Of a stretch of 45,013 bases of DNA, positions 37,348 to 43,900 are shown one piece after another. The notes below the pieces were generated by a model. The model searched no databases. It was not told where the DNA came from and was given only the letters and a program-made list of their open reading frames with translations. Numbering within the stretch: position 1 is the first letter of the stretch; every line of letters starts with the position of its first letter. Where the stretch lies: contig CALKMO010000208.1 in the NCBI GenBank assembly GCA_937991785.1, positions 1 through 45,013 of the forward strand, read 5' to 3'. The stretch is from an uncultured bacterium (GTDB taxonomy: Bacteria > Planctomycetota > SZUA-567 > H5-PLA8 > CALKMO01). A program made the translations under genes and the position numbers.

Positions 37348-37880
37348 TGTCCGAATACCGCTCCCGCGCCGCGCGTTATCTGGAACCAGCTCGAAAGGAC
37401 AGGCTCGCTACCGAAGGCGTACTTTTCTCCGCGTTCGGGCGTAAAGGCTACGTCGGGCATTATGTCTATCTCGCCGGCCGCCAGCCTGTCGAGGCATTCC
37501 TTCCACGTGCCGAAGACGTACTCCAGCTTCCATCCTTCGCGCGCGGCGATATCTTCCAGAATATCTACGAATATCCCCTCGGGCACGCCGGAATCCGAGC
37601 GGCCTATCTTCGGAGGGTTGTCGTAAACGCCCACACGAATGGCCTGGCCGGCGTCGGCGACCCGCGGGACCGGTAGGATCGCCATAAGCGTCAGATAAAC
37701 GGTACTCAAAGGGAGGATACGCCGCAGCCGCCGGGCAGCCGGTCGGACCGGGCCGAGCCGTTTCTCCGGCTCCGACACCCTCGCCGGCGAGACCGCATCG
37801 TCCGCCTTCGTCGAATGCCGCGGCCGAAAAGGTAATATGGCGATCCCCGCCGGTTCCGAATAGAAGGCACGCGCTACCAT
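37344..37880 (-). CDS. N-terminal fragment of the same sensor kinase (signal/TM + first lobe of the SBP_bac_3 domain)
   Basis: '[13 protein letters not shown]...[59 protein letters not shown]' is the first lobe of a family-3 periplasmic binding domain. It ends at a TGA overlapping the TTG of the downstream ORF in another frame. Confidence 0.7.
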   Translation of the reverse strand: MVARAFYSEPAGIAILPFRPRHSTKADDAVSPARVSEPEKRLGPVRPAARRLRRILPLSTVYLTLMAILPVPRVADAGQAIRVGVYDNPPKIGRSDSGVPEGIFVDILEDIAAREGWKLEYVFGTWKECLDRLAAGEIDIMPDVAFTPERGEKYAFGSEPVLSSWFQITRGAGAVFGH

Positions 37881-37895
37881 AAGACAAGACGCTCT

Positions 37896-37940
37896 AAAAA
37901 TTGCGGGGAAAAGTCTTCAAAAATATACACTGTTCCCCGC
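37896..37940 (-). terminator. rho-independent terminator-like hairpin (minus strand)
   Basis: The minus strand reads GCGGGGAAcAGT-(14 nt)-ACTtTTCCCCGC followed by AATTTTTAG. The stem is 8 bp (37903-37910 / 37933-37940) plus 3 further bp. It lies between the islet and the kinase gene. Confidence 0.4.
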
Positions 37941-38139
37941 GCTACGCTTGCAACGATAATATCAGGCTTCCGGCGGACCGCGTCAACAGGGTAAAACCCA
38001 AGAAACCGTACGCATTCCCAGCCTTAGTTATTCTATGCTGTCGAACATAAGCCTAATTTAGCAAACCTCCGCCGGCATAAGTAGATCGGAAAGAACCAAA
38101 CCGATCCCCCGCTTTGCCCTGACTCGCCCACCCATATTA

Positions 38140-38460
38140 TTATCTCAACTTTGATTCGTTATCCACAACACAATTCGCTGGATCCTTACCTGTAAAAAAC
38201 CGCCCGTATCTTATCCGGGCACCATACCTCCCAGGATCCGCACATGTGCACGAACGATTAAGTAGACCGTCGCATGATCCATTCCGCCGTATTGTGTCAT
38301 CCTCATAAAACAATATATAGTAGTGCTTCACTTCCCAATGATTTCGGAATTCAATATTGAAAAGGATTGGGTTTTGCGTTAAAATGCAAATTAAGTTGGT
38401 TGTACTGTGCACATAGATGCAAATTCGCGGATGCAACATTATTATGCGGGTGATCTTCAA
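38140..38460 (-). CDS. hypothetical small protein (orphan; uncertain)
   Basis: 106-aa ORF in ~36-45% GC DNA with no recognisable family. Its 5' third overlaps the plus-strand promoter at 38357-38385, so the real start, if the gene exists, may be internal. Confidence 0.25.
   Translation of the reverse strand: MKITRIIMLHPRICIYVHSTTNLICILTQNPILFNIEFRNHWEVKHYYILFYEDDTIRRNGSCDGLLNRSCTCADPGRYGARIRYGRFFTGKDPANCVVDNESKLR
38357..38385 (+). promoter_or_regulatory. sigma70-like promoter TTGAAA-N17-TAAAAT
   Basis: TTGAAA at 38357-38362, a 17-nt spacer, then TAAAAT at 38380-38385. This is ~90 nt upstream of the 38477 ATG. The -35 element is embedded in the palindrome TCAATATTGA (38351-38360). Confidence 0.55.
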
Positions 38461-38476
38461 TCAAGGGGTGCGAACT

Positions 38477-38839
38477 ATGGTATATTTGAGCGGCATCGGA
38501 AATTCGCGCGATCTACTATCGGACAAGCCGGTCGAGGTCCGCACATTTTATTATGTCCTTGGCATTGAAGACGAAACCGACCTGAAGCGGTTCTGCCGCG
38601 AATATGCGAGGCGAACCATCGGAGAGTTGGATGCAGCGACGCTGAAGCACAGGGGCACGCGGCTTCTGGCGCAGGAGGAGCTTTTCGCAAAGTACGTTGA
38701 GATACGCGTCTGGCAAGGGGACGTCAAATTCCTTAGAGGTGCCGTTTCAGACTGGCAGCGATGGAACGCGCTTCCGGCGGAGATCCCGACCGATGGCCGA
38801 AGCTCCGAACTTATCGGCTGCAGCACGACAAACGGATAA
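38477..38839 (+). CDS. hypothetical protein (orphan, 120 aa)
   Basis: ATG at 38477 is preceded by AAGGGGTG 7 nt upstream, and a strong promoter lies further upstream. The amino-acid composition is balanced ('...RTFYYVLGIEDETDLKRFCREYARRTIGELD...'). I recognise no family. Confidence 0.45.
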   Translation: MVYLSGIGNSRDLLSDKPVEVRTFYYVLGIEDETDLKRFCREYARRTIGELDAATLKHRGTRLLAQEELFAKYVEIRVWQGDVKFLRGAVSDWQRWNALPAEIPTDGRSSELIGCSTTNG

Positions 38840-39178
38840 TTCGTACGATGCCACAAATCGCCTGCCGCTCCCGGCGTACCGGATTCGGAGGCCGACTTCG
38901 ATCCATCTATACTGACGCGATCCCGGTACATTATTGCACAATCGTTCTTTCATAAAGCCAGCTTACCCTTGATTGCCGAAAGGGAACGAATAATATAAAG
39001 TCAGACTTTCGAATGTACCGGCGTGCTGCGCGGGAGGGTTCGTTTTCGTTCCTGGCATCATAGTCCCAGACGCAGGCGTCCGCTGGCGGAAGGGGTCGTC
39101 GCGGCGGCGATCCGGATTAGATAGTCTTGGCGGCCGGTCGCGCGTAAAATGGGGATATTGGAGCAGGGAAGCCGGACG

Positions 39179-39928
39179 ATGCCTCTCTGCAGGCGATACG
39201 GAATAATCTCCGATATACACGCCAATTATCAGGCGCTGAAGGTTGCCTTGGAGTGCCTCCAGGCAGTCGGCGTCGAAAAGATACTATGCTTGGGCGACTT
39301 GGTAGGCTACGGGGCGGAGCCTTCCGAATGCATACAGGCCGTCAAAGAGCGAGTGGACATCGTAACCATAGCCGGCAATCATGACCGACAAGTTATAGGC
39401 GAGAAGGACCCCAGGATGCGCAAGACGGCATCCAAGGTCCTTGAATGGACCGCAGACAACATATCTCCAGCCAATGCCCGCTATCTCCGCAGTCTTCCTC
39501 AAGGCCAGACGGTGGACGATGCCTTCATAATGGTCCACGGGAGCCTCATAGAGCGGGACGCATACATACTTACGGCCGCCGAGGTGAAGAAAAATCTCGA
39601 ATGCATGCTAACCGACTTCCCCGGCATGAAGATATGCTTCTTCGGCCATACCCACGTGCCGATGTTGATCGGCACCAAGGCGATAATAACTGATCTCAGG
39701 GAAACCAAGACTTTCCAACTCGACCGCAATGAGGTATATTTGATTAACCCGGGATCCGTGGGCCAGCCTCGGGACAAGTGCCCTCTGGCTAGCTTCGGTA
39801 TGTTTGACGCCGAGCAATGGACGATGACGTTTTTCCGCAAACAGTACGATATACGGGCGGCCCAGCGGAGCATAATTGATAACGGTCTGCCGGAGAAGTT
39901 CGCCAGGAGGCTGGCCGTGGGGGTGTGA
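39179..39928 (+). CDS. metallophosphoesterase family protein (YfcE/MJ0936/ApaH-like calcineurin-fold phosphoesterase)
   Basis: All the metallophosphoesterase motifs are present: 'ISDIHAN', 'CLGDLVGYG', 'GNHD', 'MVHGS', 'FGHTH' and 'INPGSVGQPRD'. I chose ATG 39179 (GGGAAG 7 nt upstream) over ATG 39149. Confidence 0.85.
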   Translation: MPLCRRYGIISDIHANYQALKVALECLQAVGVEKILCLGDLVGYGAEPSECIQAVKERVDIVTIAGNHDRQVIGEKDPRMRKTASKVLEWTADNISPANARYLRSLPQGQTVDDAFIMVHGSLIERDAYILTAAEVKKNLECMLTDFPGMKICFFGHTHVPMLIGTKAIITDLRETKTFQLDRNEVYLINPGSVGQPRDKCPLASFGMFDAEQWTMTFFRKQYDIRAAQRSIIDNGLPEKFARRLAVGV

Positions 39929-39929
39929 G

Positions 39930-40379
39930 ATGCCCGGCTCCCGCCGCATATCCGCGGCCATTGATCGGATATCGTCCGTCGCGATGGCCGCGGCGATGGC
40001 GCTGTTCGGCGAATGGTTGCTGGTCGCGGCTTTCGCATTCGAAATCGTTCTGTCGTTCCTAGTATCTCGTGTCAAGGTCAAGCCCCCGGACGAAGGCATA
40101 TCCGGAAGCCTTGCGCGCAAGCTTCTGCGCGAGGCGTTCTACCGCCTCTGCGAGGAACGGATGCTGGGGCTCTTCCGCCTCGGCCTGATGGCGGTATCCG
40201 CCGTCCAGATAGCTTTAAACCTGGACATGATAAACGCCGAACTCCACTTGGTCCTCTGCCTCGCCATTCTGGCTTACGTGGCGGCACGTTATCTGTCGTT
40301 CGTCAGAATCAACAACCGACTCCTAGGGCGCAGGCTGCTCGAAACGCGGCACGGCTCGACCGTCCTGCCGAAGAGCTGA
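39930..40379 (+). CDS. hypothetical integral membrane protein (3-4 predicted TM helices, 149 aa)
   Basis: The ATG lies 1 nt after the phosphoesterase TGA (gtgTGAgATG), which suggests translational coupling. Hydrophobic segments are 'VAMAAAMALFGEWLLVAAFAFEIVLSFLV', 'MLGLFRLGLMAVSAVQIAL' and 'LHLVLCLAILAYVAARYL'. Confidence 0.55.
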   Translation: MPGSRRISAAIDRISSVAMAAAMALFGEWLLVAAFAFEIVLSFLVSRVKVKPPDEGISGSLARKLLREAFYRLCEERMLGLFRLGLMAVSAVQIALNLDMINAELHLVLCLAILAYVAARYLSFVRINNRLLGRRLLETRHGSTVLPKS

Positions 40380-40407
40380 TCCCACGCCGCCGAATGCTTC
40401 GTGGCGC

Positions 40408-40430
40408 CCGCAGAAGCTGCTGCGGTTATT
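40408..40430 (+). terminator. weak terminator-like hairpin after the membrane-protein gene
   Basis: CCGCAG-aagctg-CTGCGG followed by TTATT, 29 nt after the stop codon. The stem is short (6 bp) and the U-tract is poor. Confidence 0.3.
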
Positions 40431-40468
40431 CGATCCGGCCTACATTCTGCACCCAGCCTTTACTGGCG

Positions 40469-40500
40469 TTACTCGCGCAGCCATAGTCCTTACTCGCGCA
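40469..40500. repeat. direct repeat TTACTCGCGCA x2 (plus a degenerate third copy TTTACTGGCG at 40459-40468)
   Basis: Identical 11-mers lie at 40469-40479 and 40490-40500, spaced 21 bp start to start, in a non-coding stretch. Confidence 0.6.
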
Positions 40501-40744
40501 AAACTCAGAAGATGCCTTTTATGCTCACGGCTCACTACTGCCGATCCGCTCCAAAAAGAACTCGCCGCATCCCACCCCTTAAAGCCTTGTTGTCGCCTAA
40601 GTCGAATTTCTCGGCGACATAGGCAGGGCAACTCCGAAATCAGGACAAAGACGATACGGTGGTTTAAGCGAACGGAGCAGCTCTTCCGGGAAGATAGGAT
40701 GCAGGTGCAATAACTCAAGAGAAGTGGTGGAGTTTTGTTCTGAT

Positions 40745-40780
40745 TTCAATATTGACAAGTCAGGCGCCTCAATATCTATT
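40745..40780 (+). promoter_or_regulatory. putative promoter: -35 TTGACA embedded in the palindrome TCAATATTGA, with a weak -10 (TATCTA/TCTATT)
   Basis: TTGACA at 40752-40757 and TATCTA at 40773-40778 (15-nt spacer), ~45-70 nt upstream of ATG 40822. The same TTCAATATTGA(A/C)AAG string occurs at 38350-38364. Confidence 0.4.
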
Positions 40781-40821
40781 TATTAAATCGATCGAGATTA
40801 TAGGTATCTTAAGAGAGAGAT

Positions 40822-41148
40822 ATGGATGCTCATCTCTCAAAAGCGTCGGTACGCGCCAAGCACTGTCCTGAAATTTGCCGAATGGACAGAAGCGATCCGG
40901 TCAAGATATCTGAAATAGCCAAGACAACGATAGGTTCCGCGATGCTTATTGTTGCATTTCTCTTGAAACAGGCTGGTTTGTACCGTATCGGTCAAGCTGA
41001 TGTGGCAATTTATAACTCTTTGTTCTATTCAGGTGCGTTGCATATTGCGCAACAAAACCTTGGCGACTGCTATCTGAAAACGAGTCTCCGTCAAAAGTGT
41101 CATTTCTCGCGCGCCGTTGGATTTAACAGTTTCCCGTCCGGCATTTAG
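40822..41148 (+). CDS. hypothetical small membrane-associated protein (orphan, 108 aa)
   Basis: ORF in low-GC DNA with one hydrophobic segment 'TIGSAMLIVAFLL'. A purine-rich stretch lies upstream of the ATG. I recognise no family. Confidence 0.35.
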   Translation: MDAHLSKASVRAKHCPEICRMDRSDPVKISEIAKTTIGSAMLIVAFLLKQAGLYRIGQADVAIYNSLFYSGALHIAQQNLGDCYLKTSLRQKCHFSRAVGFNSFPSGI

Positions 41149-41300
41149 TCGAGCTTTAACTGACTGGGAGCATATTTCGCAGCAGGAGTTAAAAGGCGCT
41201 CCCGCCCCGGGACCCGATGCGGGTTCAGGAAGAGCGTCCGCGTGGACGCTGCGGGCCTCCGGCGGCAGAAGGGAGGCGGGGAAGAGGAGGAGGGAAGAGC

Positions 41301-42716
41301 ATGGTGAGATTTCGGGGAACAGCGATTACGATCGCGGCCTGCGCGGCATGGGCCATGGCGCTCATACCGGGCGCGCTTGAAGCGGGGGAAGGAGATGCCA
41401 AGCCTGCAACGGAAGCGAAAACGGCCGATGCGGATGTCAGGAAGGCGGTGGACGACTATCTTAAGACGAAAGGCGTCGGCGATACGAAGGATGCCGTAAC
41501 CGTCGGAACGGGGAAGATGAAGATTGGAGCCCTCCTGCAGATATGGTACAGCTACAACGAAAATGACAACAAGACCACACGCGGCCAGCCGAACGAAGGC
41601 AACGACAACGACTCGTTCCGCATCCGCAGGGCGGAGATCAAGCTGAGCGGAGAGATAACCCCGGAGGTCAAGTGGACTGTAATGATTGACCCGGCCAGGT
41701 CGCTGGCGACCACGGACACCGCGGCAAGCAGCGTAATGCAGGATGCGTACATCGAACTGGGATTCATAAAATATCACACGATCTGGATCGGCCAGGGCAA
41801 ACGGCCGATCGGCAGGGAAGGAAACTGGTCATCAGGCAGGCTGCCGCTTCCTGAACGGGCCATGCTTTCCAGGGATCCGTCGAACGGCGACACCCGCGAC
41901 CTTGGGATCAAGATCGTCGGCGAATACAAGGACACGCCGGCCGATTGGTTCACATGGCAGCTCGGCTTTTTCCAGGGCGCCGGATGGCTCGGCCAGGCCC
42001 ACCAGAACAGGCCCGACGACAACGACGACAAGGATATCTTAAGCAGGCTCGTGGTACGGCTGTTCGGGAAACAGGGCGCGCTGTTCCGAGATGGAAGGGC
42101 CGGAGATTTTGAGATCGGATTCTCCAGGCTGGACGGCAAGCAGGGCGAGCGCAGGCGCCGCGTGACAGCTACGGCAACGACATTCGGCATTTACGAGGAT
42201 ACGTGGCATTACGCAATGGGCTTCGACCTCGAATACCGATACAAGTTCAAGGAGTCCGGCGAGCTGTGGCTGGCCGGCGAATACTTCGAGTGTTCGAACC
42301 GCCCCGCGTACAATACGGCGGGACTGTCGGCCGCGACGCTCGCCTCGATAAGGTTCCAGCCGGATCAGCGCGTGAACCAGAACGGCTGGTACGCGCTGAT
42401 CGCCTACAAGCTGGGCGGCACGGGCGTCAAGGAGCTCGACAACAAGATCGAGTGGGTATACCGCTACGAGCGGTGGGATAATATCATAAGGCCCGGCCTG
42501 TTCCCCAATACCGATCTCCGCAGGGGGCACTTCGACGTCTTCAAGACGGAAGTACACACCGCGGGGATAAACTACTACATAAAGGGCCACAACGCGAAGA
42601 TACAGCTCGCGTACGACTTCGTGAACGATCCCAACGGAACGAGGAAAACGGACAGACACGGCTTCCGGGAGGCTCGAAACGACGTATGCAGGCTGAACGT
42701 TCAAATAACGTTCTGA
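41301..42716 (+). CDS. outer-membrane porin, OprO/OprP (phosphate-selective porin O/P)-like beta-barrel
   Basis: The ATG at 41301 is preceded by GGAGGAGGGAAGAG. Signal peptide 'AITIAACAAWAMALIPGALEA'. 'FRIRRAEIKLSGEITPEVKWTVMIDPA' is typical of Porin_O_P. Beta-strand periodicity is visible and the C-terminus ends '...LNVQITF' (terminal Phe). Confidence 0.7.
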   Translation: MVRFRGTAITIAACAAWAMALIPGALEAGEGDAKPATEAKTADADVRKAVDDYLKTKGVGDTKDAVTVGTGKMKIGALLQIWYSYNENDNKTTRGQPNEGNDNDSFRIRRAEIKLSGEITPEVKWTVMIDPARSLATTDTAASSVMQDAYIELGFIKYHTIWIGQGKRPIGREGNWSSGRLPLPERAMLSRDPSNGDTRDLGIKIVGEYKDTPADWFTWQLGFFQGAGWLGQAHQNRPDDNDDKDILSRLVVRLFGKQGALFRDGRAGDFEIGFSRLDGKQGERRRRVTATATTFGIYEDTWHYAMGFDLEYRYKFKESGELWLAGEYFECSNRPAYNTAGLSAATLASIRFQPDQRVNQNGWYALIAYKLGGTGVKELDNKIEWVYRYERWDNIIRPGLFPNTDLRRGHFDVFKTEVHTAGINYYIKGHNAKIQLAYDFVNDPNGTRKTDRHGFREARNDVCRLNVQITF

Positions 42717-42735
42717 ATTATTCGGCGGGCTGCCA

Positions 42736-42764
42736 GGGGGGCGGTTACGCATTGCCCGCCCCCC
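42736..42764. terminator. GC-rich hairpin between the convergent porin and hypE genes
   Basis: GGGGGGCGG (42736-42744), an 11-nt loop, then CCGCCCCCC (42756-42764). The 9-bp perfect stem lies 20 nt after the porin stop. No clear U-tract follows on either strand. Confidence 0.4.
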
Positions 42765-42855
42765 AAGACCCGTCCGGGACGTCTAAGTTTTTGATAAGCT
42801 GAAGATGGATCGGCCGCAGGGGAAGGGAGAGTCTCCTCCTCCAATCCCCACGCAG

Positions 42856-43896
42856 TCAGCATATCCTGGGCAGCTCCTCTCCCAAAGGCACGTCCAGGAT
42901 GCGCTCCCCCCCTGCGGCCGTCCTTATGATGACAGGCGCTTCCCTGCGCGTGACGGCGGTTCCTATCCTGGCCGCGTTGCGGCCCAAGGGGTGGGATCGA
43001 AGCAGCCTCAGGACATCATCGGCGGTATCCGGCGCGCAGAAAACCAGAGCCTTTCCCTCGTTTGCCGAATGGAACGGGTCCAGGCCTAGCATCTCGCAGG
43101 CCCACCTGACGGCCCGCGCCACCGGCACCGCCGATTCCTCGACCACAACCGTAACTCCGGCCGCCTCGGCCATCTCGTTGAGCGCCGCGGCCACGCCGCC
43201 GCGTGTCGGGTCGCGCATGCAGCGCACGCACAGGGCCTGGTCGCAAAGAGGGAAGAGCATCCCGTTTAGCGGCGCTACGTCGCTGGCGACGGGCGTCTCG
43301 AAGGCCAGCCCCTCCCTGACCGACAGCAGCGCCACGCCGTGGTCGCCCATCGTGCCGGTGAGGATGATCGCGTCCCCCGGCCGGATCAGGCGTGCGTCGA
43401 ACTCGACGCCGCGCGGCGCCGCTCCTATGCCTGCGGTCGAGGCGTATACGCCGTCGGCGGCACCTCGTTCGACCACCTTGAAATCTCCCGCCGCCAGCGG
43501 CACTCCGGCCTCGGAAGCCGCTGCCTTCGCCCCGTCCAACACACGCCTGAGTTCAGCCAGAGGGAATCCTTCCTCGACTATGAGCGATAGGGTCAGCGCG
43601 ACCGGCCGCGATCCGCTTACGGCAAGGTCGTTTACGGTGCCGCAAATGGCCAATCTCCCGATATCTCCGCCCGGGAAGAACGGAGGCTTGACCACGAAGG
43701 CATCCGTCGTCATAAGGATGCGGCCCTCGATGTACCCGAGCGAAGCGGCGTCGGAGAGCGGTCTGAGAGCGTCGTTGTCGAAGCGCGGCAGTATTTCGCG
43801 CTCGATGATCTCGCGCATCGCCCTGCCGCCGCCGCCGTGCGCAAGCATTACCCTTTCGCCAGCTTCCGCGTTCCCGGTCCCGCTCATTCCCATCAT
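42856..43896 (-). CDS. hypE: hydrogenase maturation protein HypE (carbamoyl dehydratase)
   Basis: 'MLAHGGGGRAM' and AIR-synthase-like domains are present. The sequence ends with the HypE-specific C-terminal 'PRIC'. Confidence 0.9.
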   Translation of the reverse strand: MMGMSGTGNAEAGERVMLAHGGGGRAMREIIEREILPRFDNDALRPLSDAASLGYIEGRILMTTDAFVVKPPFFPGGDIGRLAICGTVNDLAVSGSRPVALTLSLIVEEGFPLAELRRVLDGAKAAASEAGVPLAAGDFKVVERGAADGVYASTAGIGAAPRGVEFDARLIRPGDAIILTGTMGDHGVALLSVREGLAFETPVASDVAPLNGMLFPLCDQALCVRCMRDPTRGGVAAALNEMAEAAGVTVVVEESAVPVARAVRWACEMLGLDPFHSANEGKALVFCAPDTADDVLRLLRSHPLGRNAARIGTAVTRREAPVIIRTAAGGERILDVPLGEELPRIC

Positions 43897-43900
43897 TCCC

